Of a stretch of 64,000 bases of DNA, positions 48,896 to 60,093 are shown piece by piece. Both the position numbers and the translations under genes were made by a program. The stretch covers positions 59,083,798-59,147,797 of the forward strand of contig NC_058130.1 of the NCBI RefSeq assembly GCF_016433145.1, read 5' to 3'. Each line of letters starts with the position of its first letter. Positions within the stretch are counted from its first letter, which is position 1. The notes below the pieces were generated by a model. The model had not been told where the DNA came from. It searched no databases and saw only the letters and a program-made list of their open reading frames with translations. This stretch comes from Gracilinanus agilis. Taxonomy: Eukaryota.

Positions 48896-50636
48896 GAGAA
48901 TCCTTAACTCAAATACCATCTTCATAGAAGAAATCACTCCTTATCCTTCCAGTTGCTAGTGTTTTCTCCCTCCCCCAATGACTTATTAGTTAATCTAAGC
49001 ATTTATTACAGACATTATTTGCAAGGCCACAAGATACAAAGACAAGTAAAAAATGATTTCTGCCTTCAGGAAGCTGAGGCATCTCTTTGCCTCTGTAGAA
49101 TATAAACTCCTTGAGGGCAGGAACTTTTTTTGTGCGTGTCTCCAGCATCTATCTCAGTCCTTGACACAGAGAAAATATTTAATAAATGTATGCTAAATTG
49201 AAGACAAGAAAGGAATAAGCACTTAAATAGTGCCTACTATTCTGTGCCAAGCACTATGCTACATGTTTTGCAAATATTATCTCAGTTTTTGATTGCCCCT
49301 GTGTTGTAGGTCTGTTATTATCCCCATTTTATTGAGGCAAAGGTTAAGTGACTTGCCCAGGGTCACTCATCTAGGAAGCATTTCAGGCTGGACTTAAATT
49401 CAACACCAGGCTTTAGACCCAACACTCTATTCACTATGCCCATCTAAATGAATGGGAAGGGGAGGAAAGAAGGAGGCCTGGAGACACGTTACTTGTGACT
49501 TCTCAGAGGCAATTTGGTCCAGTGGTATATGGAAATACTTTGAGCTCTTCATGTAGCCCTTGGAGAAAGGTGCTTTATAAATGCTGGGATGCAGTCAAAT
49601 CCCTAGTACTTACTTTGAAAATATTTGTGGGGATTGTATTGATCTTTTGCCACTGCACTGAATCAAAGCGACACCAAGTGCATCCATCGGTGCTAGCAGG
49701 AAGAAAATGCTGGGTTTAGTTTCAATTACTTTTAAAAAGTCAAACCGCACCTTTAGTCCATCTGGTAGGGGAACTGCCTTCCCAAGCTCTGGGCTCTGGA
49801 GGCAGCCATTCTAAATTGTACAAGTCTGACTTGAAAGAGCTCGGCAGGGAGAGCCGTTAAGACTTCGGATGGACTTCTGCATCGTCGAGACAAGCATTAC
49901 CTGTCAGGATTACACAAATGCCAATTGGTTTAGGTTCGGGGATATACAGGAAGAGGCTCTTCTCCCTTGTGGTGCATGGAATTTACTTGGTCCAAAGTGG
50001 CTGAAGTGGCTGCCTGGCAATTATCTGGTATGATTTGATGAATGGAAACTAGTGAAATAGATGATTCAAGGACCAGAATTGCCTGGCTTAGGTGGATTGC
50101 CCTGTGATCTGGCCTGTTGCCAAGGCTCCACCTCCCTGTGGCCTGACTCCTTTAGGGTTTCTGGATTGTATTTGCAGTCAATTACTGCACATGGATTGGC
50201 TCCATCATGTGGCAATTTTAATTAACTCTGTCCAAAGGGTAGAACAACCAAACTGTGTGTGTATGTGTGTGTGTGTGCCACAAACTGGTTATTCTGGTCA
50301 CAGACACACAGCCTGTCGGTCTGAGTCACCTCCTCAGAAGAACATGTGGAGAGCTGAAATGGCAGCTAGGTTTACGTGATTGCAACTGTTCAGATAAATT
50401 GAGAAAAAGACATATCTGCAGGAGGGGTCTATGTGCTCCCAAATAGCCAGACAATAGGGTAAAATTTAGAGCTTATTTTTTTGGAGGGCATTGACATTTA
50501 TAAAGCATATTCTTTAAAATAACCCTGTGAGAGAGGAAAGCTGATGATATTTCCATTTTCAGATAAGGAAACTGAGGTACAAAGACCTGCCTGGATAATT
50601 ATCAGAAATGGAACAAAGGGATGGGGGTGGGAGACT

Positions 50637-50830
50637 GGGAGCTAGGTGGCTCAGTGGATTGGGAGCCTGGCCTAGAGGCAAAATCTGGCCTCAGACTCTT
50701 CCTAGCTCTGTGACCCTGGACAAGTCACTTAACCTCCATTGTCTAGCCCTTTGTCCCTTCGGCCTTGGAACTGATACTCAGTATCAATTCTAAGACAGAA
50801 GATAAGGTTTAAAAACAAAGAAAAAGAAAA
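50637..50830 (+). mobile_element. SINE1_Mdo-like (intronic)
   Basis: gggagctaggtggctcagtggatt...aattctaagacagaagataaggttt(a)n. Confidence 0.88.
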
Positions 50831-51977
50831 GGAAATGGAATTACATCAACTCTTATTTAAAGGATCATACATTTAGAGCTGGAAGGAACCCTAGAAGCTA
50901 TGAAGGTCACCTCCTTTATTGTAAAAACTGAAGCAAGCTGAGATACCAAAATGTGAAGTAACTTTCCTGGGGCACCAAGTCCAGCACACTATCCACTATT
51001 CCGTTCTGTCTCAGCAGTCCAGCAGAATTTTCCATTTGCTGTCCAGATAGTCATCATCCTGAAGATATAAATTTTCATTCCCTTGGGAGTGGTAAGCTTC
51101 ATATTTCTCTTTTTGTCTTTCTAATAGATAAGTAAAAATAGACAATTAGATCTAGCTGGCATTAGCATGAGAAAGCTGGGGCTTAGTCCCAATGCACAAA
51201 ATTCAATGGGCATCATACTTTTAGGTACAGCCTTCTCAGTCCTTCAGCAATGTAGAAATGATGGGGTGTGTACCTGGTTGGCAAGAATAATTAGTTAAAA
51301 TAGCAAATCCATTCTATCCTACTTTCCTACCTTCTGTGTTCTCCTCAACAGTAACCTTGAGTTGGTGATTTTGGGGATCTGGGTTCCCCCTCCCTGAATT
51401 GAGGCTCCCCTCCTGTAATATACATCTCACCAGGAAATTCCTTTTATACCACTGACCCTGGGTACAATGTATGGTGCTTGCTTCTGGTCCAAAAATTCCT
51501 ACTTGCAGCCCTGAAAACTTTAGTAATCATTGAGTTAGTTTAATTTGATAAACATTTATTAAATGCCTGTAGTGGGGGAAAGGTTATACTAGACACTCAG
51601 GCCTAGAAAAGTGGAATGTCTTGCCCCAGGTCACACAGGCAGTTAATGAGACTAGAACCCAACTCACTGGACTCTCCATCTACCCTCCCTCAATTGTGTA
51701 ACCCTCGTACCATGTCTTAGGCAGGCCATAGCTTTAAGATGATACAACTCTGAGCTAGCCACAGAGTGTGTCTAGAATAGTGCCTGTCCAGAAGACGTTT
51801 CATATATGGAGATGATCATTTTCTTTGACACCAATCTGAGAAAGTTAGGGAAATGCCCTGAACATATTTCATTGCCTTTGTTGTGGAAGGGCATTTATTC
51901 AACTCAATGACAACCAATGACAAAGACAAAACCTATGAAATCAATGAACAAGAATTTATGAAGCTCCTACTTTGGTA

Positions 51978-52200
51978 GGGGTGGTGCAGCTAGGTGGTTC
52001 AGTGGGTTGAGAGCCAGACCTAGAAACAGGCAGTCCTGGGTTCCAATTTGGCCTCAGACACTTCCTAGCTATATGACCTTGGGCAAGTCACTTAAGCTCC
52101 ATTACCTAGCCCTTACCATTCTTCTGTCTTGAAACCAATACATAGTACTGAGTCTAAGATGATGGCAAGTAAAGGTGTAAAAAAAAAAAAAAAAAAAAAA
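51978..52200 (+). mobile_element. SINE1_Mdo-like with long poly-A, inserted in an L2 end
   Basis: Full element. Flanks aagctcctact/aagcacctact. Confidence 0.9.
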
Positions 52201-53528
52201 AGCACCTACTATGTACTTGGCTCTGGGATTAAAAAAATGAATTTTTCCATGCCTCCAAGGAGTTTATAGTTTGTCCTAGAACTTCCTTCTTGTGTGGTCT
52301 TCCATGAGATAATGGAAATAGTTAGGCAGCAGGTACCTAATAAATGCTTGCATGGAATGGATGAACGAATCATTTGAAAAGGGAGAGTACATTAACAACG
52401 GGAAGAATCAGGAAAGACTTCCCTTACAAGATAGTTCCATGAGATAACAGAGCAAATGAAATAATTCTTTGTAGATAGCTAGTTGCTGCAGTGGAGATTG
52501 TCGGATTGGGAGTCTGAAAGTATAAATCTGATCTCAGACACTAACTAGCTAGCAGTGTGACCTTGGGCAAGTCACATTATCCTATTTGCCTCATTTTCCT
52601 CATCTGGAAAACAAGGATGACAATAAAATCTAGCTCACTGGGTTGTTTTTGTGAGGACCAAATGAGACATTGGTAAAGCTCTTTAGGTAGAAATAAATGC
52701 TAGCTATTATTTTTATTAAACTCAAATAAAGCACCATATAAATGTGAGCCATTATCATTATTCTCTGACTTTGATCACATGAGGTGTAAGTCCATGCTCA
52801 ATATCCCTGAAATAGGGACATAACAGAGTTAAAGGGACATTTAACTAGGGGTTGGGGGATTTGGGTTCTATGGCTAGTGATTTCTTCCCCTTTCTCCCCC
52901 CTTCTCCCTCTTTTCCTCTTATGAGGTTTACACTAGTGATCTCTAAGGGTCTTTCAGCTCTAAAGTTCTCTGAGAAAATCAGAATGCCCTTCCATAAGAG
53001 GGATGTTGCTCCTCATTGGCAAGAACTGGTAAACCTTAGCTTTGGGAAGAAGAGGGTCTGGCTGTCCTTCCTACTAGCTGCTGCCTCCAGAGGGTGCAGT
53101 AACACCATACTGAGGTGTCATCTACTCTGGGACCCTGCTACAGACTTCTCCCCACACCCAGCTGGATGGATTTAGAGTGGGACATTGGCTGGTGACATGA
53201 GAGACGGGGAAAGGTGGGGTGTATGATGAATAGAAACAGTGGTTCTAATTATGAATATAAACATGCACACACAGATGGTTTAGTCTGAAGTTGTAATGAA
53301 TATTTATTTCAATCATACTGTATGTAAGACACAAACTCTGATCCTTATATATATTCCTATATATATTTTCTCCATATATAAATATATTTCTCTCTACATT
53401 TTTCTATATATATTTTTCTATTATGTTTAGCACACTAGTAGGGACTTAATATGTTTGTTGTATATGGGTGGGAGTGTACAAAACTTGATGAGATGGGACA
53501 CTTGTCTTCAATGAGCTTACAGACAATC

Positions 53529-53877
53529 CAGTGGTTTTCAGAAGGTGTGGGACTGTCTTGGATGCCATATTATGGTAGAATTTCAAAATAATTTTGTTTA
53601 ACGTATTTTATTTATCGAGCACATGTAGTATAATAAGTATAGCGCCTGCTAAATAAACAACTTCTTTCTTCCATATAGGCACTAACCTCAAGACCTTGAA
53701 CTTGCAAAAAAAAAAAATTAACAAGAACATCTGCTTTTATTGGAAGGACATTGCACTTCAGTGAATCTCCTGAAACCTGTAGTGTTGCCAACTTAAATGT
53801 TTGGTGTGGGTGTGCTGGCATTCTTCATGGCAGAGAAGAGAATGCTATGAGCAAATAAAAATGCTTGAGAACCACTG
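53529..53877. mobile_element. Older hAT/Charlie-like MITE
   Basis: Ends cagtggttttcaga / tgcttgagaaccactg are inverted repeats. No TSD is recognisable. It interrupts an L2 remnant. Confidence 0.55.
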
Positions 53878-54306
53878 GTGGATAAGGCATGATGCTCTAT
53901 ACTGGGTAGCCTGTGATAAGTAGCCTAAAAGGTGTATAAAGCTAGTGTTCTTAGCGTTCAGGGGAGGAACGTTCTACCAGTGGCAATGAAGGTATAATTC
54001 ATGGAACAGGTGACCCTTATTCTGAATCTTGAAGTATGGTGGGGATTTTGATTGGGGAAGGGTGTAAGAGAGAGATCTGAAGACTGCAAAAGGGCATTCA
54101 AGGTAGAAGAAAATATAGAACTCAGAGGCAGAATGGGGCTTAGAGATCATTTCATCTAACCCCTTCATTTTATATATGAATGAATTGAGATCCCATAAAG
54201 CAAAGTGATTAGTTCAAGAACACCCAGTGAACAATGGTGAATGGGGGCTAAAGCAGAAATATGCAGATTTGTCAACACTTTTCAAGAAAGATCACGCTGC
54301 AACTGA

Positions 54307-54536
54307 TGTTGTTTAATCATTTCAGTTGTGTTTGATTATTTGTGACTCCATTCCGGATTTTCTTGGCAAAGACAAAGAGAGGTTTGCCATGTCCTCCAGC
54401 TCATTTTACAAATGAAGAAACTGATGCAGATTCTGTTAAGTGACACCCATCTAGTAATTGTCTGATGCCAGATTTGAACTCAGGAACTCAGATTTTAACT
54501 CCTGACACTCTATCCACTGAATCACCTAGCTGCCCT
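54307..54536 (-). mobile_element. MAR1-type SINE
   Basis: ttttcttggcaaagac...ggtttgccat...ccagctcattttacaaatg...tcacctagctgccc. Confidence 0.82.
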
Positions 54537-55540
54537 ACTACAACTGTAGAGGTGATCTTAAGAAGGCAGCCCAATATGGTGAAAAGGGCATGGCATGAAG
54601 ATGAAAAGACCAGGGTGCCAATCTCAGCTTTGCCTACTAATTAGCTCTGTGACCTTGAGCAAAGCCTTTCCCTGGACTTGATTAGTTAATCAGTTAATTC
54701 ATCTTTAAATTAGAGGGCTTCTAACATCCTAAATGTTTATTAAAGTCTATGATTATGATTCCAAGTGGTTAGAAGAATGAGGACAGATTAAAAAGAGACC
54801 ATGTGTAGTAGTGGAAAGAATGGACTGGGAGCCAGGGTTTCTCTGCCCTGTCTCAACTGAGACTAAAGGCAAAGCCTGTTATCTCTTAGCCTCAGTTTTC
54901 TCTTTTATAGAATGGGGATTAATAACACTCAAGCACCTCCCCTATGGTATTGTTATGAAGATCAAATAATGTAATAAAACTAAATGTCAGCAATCATTAG
55001 CATTATTACCATCCTCCTGATTGTTAATAAAAAGATAGGGTTTGTCAGCCTGGAAAGGCAAAAACTAAGCATCAAATTGGTTGAAATCAGTACAATTATG
55101 GTCATGGATTTGTTCCCCAAAGCCCAAATGCTAGGTTGAATGGGCCATCATTTGCAACTCGGGTTTGGAATAATGAACTAATGGGATTCATTACCTCAAG
55201 CTGTGATTTGAGAGAGGAAACATAAATGAATTTTCATGTAACAGAGACATAAATAGAAAAGGACCTAAATTTTAAGGTTTACAGGATTTAAAGTCAGACC
55301 GCCACACAAGCAGTAGAGTCTTGGGCTGGAGGGACCATGGATACGACCCAGTGGGGACAGATCCTTTGTTCCTATGACCACAGCAGTCCAAACTGCAGAC
55401 CCAGATGTAGCTATCCTCCTGAGAGAGTATGAGGGAGGAAATGACATTTTCATGGGCTCCACTTAGGGGCCATCCTTTGGCTTGGCTGTGCCCAGAATTC
55501 CAAGTGAGACAATTTTTAATGAGACCTTACTACAGTCCTA

Positions 55541-55542
<2 letters not shown>

Positions 55543-55596
<54 letters not shown>
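55543..55596. repeat. (TA)n microsatellite
   Basis: Direct reading of the sequence. Confidence 0.97.
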
Positions 55597-55600
<4 letters not shown>

Positions 55601-55712
55601 TAGGCTGCAAATAGAGGAACATCTCTTTCTTCTTGTATATACCCGAGGTACTCTTTTGAGAGGTCCCAAATGGTTCTGAAAGAGCGGAAATGCTGCAGGG
55701 AGTGCAGTGTGC

Positions 55713-55767
55713 CGTGTGCTGTGTGTGTGTGTGTGTGTGTGTGTGCTGTATGTGTGTGTGTGTGTGT
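55713..55767. repeat. Interrupted (GT)n microsatellite
   Basis: Direct reading of the sequence. Confidence 0.95.
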
Positions 55768-55837
55768 TCATCACTGTGTACAGCCAGCTGATGGGTCCTT
55801 GTGCTGGTTACCTAGGTGACAGCTATAGGACGATAGG

Positions 55838-55913
55838 ATGGGATGTGATTGGCTGCCTGCTCTCTCCGGCTGCTCATCATGCTGTTCAGGATTGCCGGCA
55901 GAGGTTACAAATG
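55838..55913 (+). CDS. Candidate unannotated alternative first exon of GRIP2 (MGCDWLPALSGCSSCCSGLPAEVTN plus 1 nt)
   Basis: Strong Kozak context AGGATGG, 25 open codons, then ATG|GTAAAT in phase 1, the same phase as the recognised first exon. Local CpG retention. No homology recognised, so this is speculative. Confidence 0.3.
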
Positions 55914-55968
55914 GTAAATGCAAACACACCAAGGTAGTGTCAGGATCAGGGAAATGTTCATTGCTCAG

Positions 55969-55971
<3 letters not shown>

Positions 55972-56012
<41 letters not shown>
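55972..56012. repeat. (GT)n microsatellite
   Basis: Direct reading of the sequence. Confidence 0.96.
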
Positions 56013-56014
<2 letters not shown>

Positions 56015-56931
56015 CTGTGCATGTATACGTATGAATATATCTGTGTAAGGGGAAATCAGCATCTGGGATAGAGTAATTTCATGCTGTGGAACATCTGTTA
56101 GATTCCAGGGCAACAAGAAATTGGAGAAGAGATCGGGTAAGAAGGACTTTGGTTCCTTCCCCCACCCCCATAATTGTGATTTGAGTATTAATTGAGTATT
56201 AAATTCTTGTTCAAAGTTAATTGTTGTACCAGCAAAACTTGAATGAAGACTTTAACTGTTGAAATTACTTCTAGTAGCTTTGACAGTGATGTTAACATAT
56301 GGTGGAATCTTATCCAGGTTTTGGGTAGACATTTCAGCCTTTTTCATCTGTTTTCTTTTTAAATGAATAGTAGCTAGAATCTTTTTCTTTCCTTCTAATA
56401 CCACAAGGAAAAGAGCAGAGAACATACACTGATATTTTGCCTTGGGTGGGGAGTGGAATCGAAATGGATCCCCATCTCCTTCCCCCATCCTTTAAAAAAT
56501 TGATTCCTCTATAAGACTCTTAATGAAGGATCTGGAAAACCAATGGCCTTCACACAACTTAACATTCTGAATCTGTGTTCCCCAGTTCTGCTGCACACTT
56601 TGCAGCATTAGGACTGTGATGTATCAGATGATGGTGCGAGAATTCCCACTCATAAGTTTTTTGCTTCCGTCATTTTTAGGGATGGAACAGAGGTAATGCT
56701 CTTCTCTGTGTGACTGCTTTTCCCTTCATCAGTGGACTCATTCTCATACTACTCACCTACCAAAAAGCATTTATTAAGTGCCTAATTATGCCTAGCACAA
56801 TCTCTTCCATCAGCTATTTACATTCTATTGGGAACAGTATTAATGAAGAAAAATGATATTTACAGAGCCTGATCAAATGGCTAAACATGTCTGTGTTTAC
56901 TCTTTTGTTCCCAAAGCTAACTAATGCTTAA

Positions 56932-56965
56932 AACACACACACACACAGACACAGACACACACACA

Positions 56966-56996
<31 letters not shown>
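56932..56996. repeat. (CA)n microsatellite with CAGA interruptions
   Basis: Direct reading of the sequence. Confidence 0.96.
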
Positions 56997-56998
<2 letters not shown>

Positions 56999-57908
56999 CT
57001 CTTTTGATGTACTGAGAGCTCTTAGTGAGGAGGTTAAGAAGAGACTTATTGATTTTGTAGTTATTAATGGACATTTAGATCAGTTTGGGATTCATGATAG
57101 ATTTCTTTGTCTCTGTCTCTCCCTCTCTCCCAATTGAAGTTTTATAAAAGACATTTGAATTCAGGGTTGTTTCTTAAAAAAAAATCAGGATAATGGATGG
57201 GCACTTGTAAGAGAACAGCTTCTTTTTAAGAGTCTGATGCCCCATTGTCCATGGTAGTATTCATTCAATTATTTGACATATGCCTACAGAAGACCTACTA
57301 TGTTTAGGGCATAGTACTAGGAGGCATTTTGGAGAATACAAAGATGAATTCAATATGAGTTCTGTTATCAGAGAGTTTATAAGATAATCTGAAACTTGTG
57401 AGGTCCTCAAATGAGTTAGAGCAATGGAGTTAGAGTCTATGATTCCATTTCGAAACCCAGCCCTGCTATTAACTAGCTGTGTGAAGTTAGGGAAGTCATT
57501 CAGACTCTCTGGAACTTAATTTTCTCTTCTGTGTAATGGAAATAGTTGGCCAAGATGACTTTTCGTCTCTAATTCCATGGTCCTATGAGATCTGAGATGC
57601 TTTGTGATGGTGAAAACAAGCACCAACTATATCAGGCCTTTTCTTCTTCTGTTCCAACTTTACCAGGCTCCTCAATATATTTCACTCAGACTACTTCCAG
57701 TTCTGTGCCTTAAAATGTTAACCTTAACTTGGAATTTAATCTGCCTACCTACATCCTCATTTCCCATAGTCCTCTGAGGTAGGCAGACCCATAGAAAGAA
57801 TCAGGGGAGATAGAGAGAAATTCCTGCTCTACCCCAAACTCAAAGTGTGACCTTGAACAAAACACAATTTCTCTAGACCTGATTTTTTCACTCTATAAAA
57901 TGAAGGAA

Positions 57909-58110
57909 GGGGGTAGCTGGGAGGCTCAGTGCTTTGAGAGTCAAGTCTAGAGATGGGAGGTCCTGGATTAAAATGTGACTTCAGACACTTTCTTACTGTG
58001 TGACCTTGGACAAGTCACTTAACCCCCATTGTCTAGCCCTTACCACTCTTCTGCCTTGGAACCAATATACAGTATTGATTCTAAGATAAAAGGTGAGGGT
58101 TTAAAATAAA
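57909..58110 (+). mobile_element. SINE1_Mdo-like inserted in a MIR3
   Basis: Full element. Flanks ataaaatgaag/ataaaatgagg. Confidence 0.9.
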
Positions 58111-59114
58111 ATAAAATGAGGGATTGAGCTGGCGGGCTTATAAAGTTCCTTTCAACCGTAAACCATATGAATCTTTGACTTTGATACCCAATCAAGTACA
58201 TTGTTACAAATGAGAAAAGATGGGACAGAAGTGTTTGTCTCATGGCCAATGTCACACGGTTGGTTAGTAATAGAGCCAGAACTGGAATCCATATCTCCTA
58301 ATTCCTCTAATTCCATTTTCACTACATTATGATGTTTCTAATAGCTCTGTGAGCTAGTCTCTGTCTGTAGTATGTAGAACCTAGTCAGGGCTCAATGAAT
58401 TCTTAATCTATTGATTTTGTATGTTCCCAGGGACTCATTCCACTAAAGAGAATGAGATAAGGCTTTCTATTTCTCAGTTCAAAGGAGACAACCCTTCCCA
58501 TCCTCATTTGGTCAGGGAGACAATATCCAGTTTCCTTCCCCGGTTGCCCCAGCCTGCTCCCCATGAAGGCAGCAGCGGTGAATATTGAAATGTGAGCCAT
58601 GCCTCATTTGGGGCTTGGGAAGAGGAGATGCTTTCCTCTAATTTATCATCTTATTGACATGAGATGTTCTTGGCAGACCCTAATTATGTGCGTGGGATTC
58701 CCAGCCAGGCCTCTGGCCAAACTTAAATTCAGTGATACCAGTGACAGGCTTGAAAACACTGTTTCCCACTGGGGAATTTAGACCGCTAAAGATGCTTTAG
58801 CAGGGGCATTCAAGGCTTTGAAAACACTCTGTCCTGGAACTGGGGCTGACCTACTCTGGAAAGGATCTCTTTCTTTAGCTTGAGCTCAGAATCATTGAGA
58901 GAGCAAGTGCAAGTGATTAAATCCAAACTGGCCAAGGTTCTATTTATTGTCTGTTTCATTTATTGAACATGAGTTCATTTTCTGAGCTCATCATATTTCA
59001 ACACTGGGAAGGGTTTCCTTTTTTTCCCATATGGCTATTGATGACTCGATTTTCTTCCTTCAAAAACTACCTGTTCATACATATCCTTTGACTTTTTATC
59101 CTTTGGAAAATGGG

Positions 59115-59305
59115 CCACCCCCTGACAGAGAGGTGATGGACTCAAGATGAAGAATGAAATACACATTTTTGTACGTGGTCAATGTGGGGATTTGTTTTTC
59201 TTGATATGCCTATTTGTTACAAGAGGTTTATAGTTTCTTATTCATTTTTTCAATAGAAATTTGGGAAGGAGAAAAGATTAAATATATGTTAAGTGAATAA
59301 AAAAT
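59115..59305 (+). mobile_element. Marsupial L1 3' UTR end
   Basis: ccacccctgacagagaggtgatggactcaa...ggtcaatgtggggatttgttt...tatttgttacaag. Confidence 0.75.
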
Positions 59306-59672
59306 TGTTAACTCTTTTGCATGCATTCAGGGACCTCCACAATCTGGTGCCAGCTTAGCCATTCTATCCTATATTCCACACGCTGTTAGAACAGTGAGCC
59401 CCTCTTGTTTAAATGAGGCAAGATTTCAGAGTGACATCCCCCTGTCTGTTCTGTGTTCATTTCTGCTTCCCTTCCTGCTTTTATTTCTGTATTTTCCTTT
59501 TCCTGAAACTGAACAAGGGACAAACCCTTCACCTACCCATATTTAATTATCCAACCTTTAAGCCACAACTCAGGGTTTGCATCCTCCAGGAATCTTCTCC
59601 CGAACACTCTATCCTTACCTTTTTAGAGGCAGCATTTCATTAAAGAGTTCTGGGCTAAGAATGAGGACCGGA

Positions 59673-59888
59673 GGGCAACTGGGTAGCTCAGAGGATTGAG
59701 AGCCAGGCTTAGAGATTAGAGGTCCAGGGTTCAAATCTAGCCTCAGACACTTCTTAGCTGTGTGACTCTGGGCAAGTCACTTTACACCCCTCCCTCCCCC
59801 CATTGTCTAGCTTTTACCACTCTTCTGCCTTGGAACCCATACACAGTTTTGATTCTAAGGCAGAAGGTAAGGGTTTAAAAAACAAAAG
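59673..59888 (+). mobile_element. SINE1_Mdo-like (first of a head-to-tail pair)
   Basis: gggcaactgggtagctcag...ttctaaggcagaaggtaagggttt(a)n. Confidence 0.9.
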
Positions 59889-59896
59889 ACAGTCAA

Positions 59897-60093
59897 AGGC
59901 AAGTAGATGGCTCAATGGATGGAGAGCCAGACCTAATGATAGGAGATCCTGGGTTTAAATTTGGCCTCAGATACTTAGCTGTATGACTCTGGTCAAATCA
60001 CTGAACTGTCATTGCCTAGCCCTTACCTCTCTTCTGCCTTGGAATCATTAACTTAGTATTGATTCTAAGACAGAAGATAAGACGTTTAAAAAG
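59897..60093 (+). mobile_element. SINE1_Mdo-like (second of the pair)
   Basis: ggcaagtagatggctcaatggat...ttgattctaagacagaagataag. Confidence 0.85.

Noticed and set aside
56656-56698. Possible neural microexon (ttttttgc...tttttag|13 nt|gtaatg)
   Set aside because: 13 nt is frame-shifting and its internal ATG gives phase 2. There is no support beyond the motif.
59860-59876. GAAG|GTAAGG donors in SINE1 tails (this and other copies)
   Set aside because: They are part of the family consensus, and nothing suggests exonisation of any copy here.
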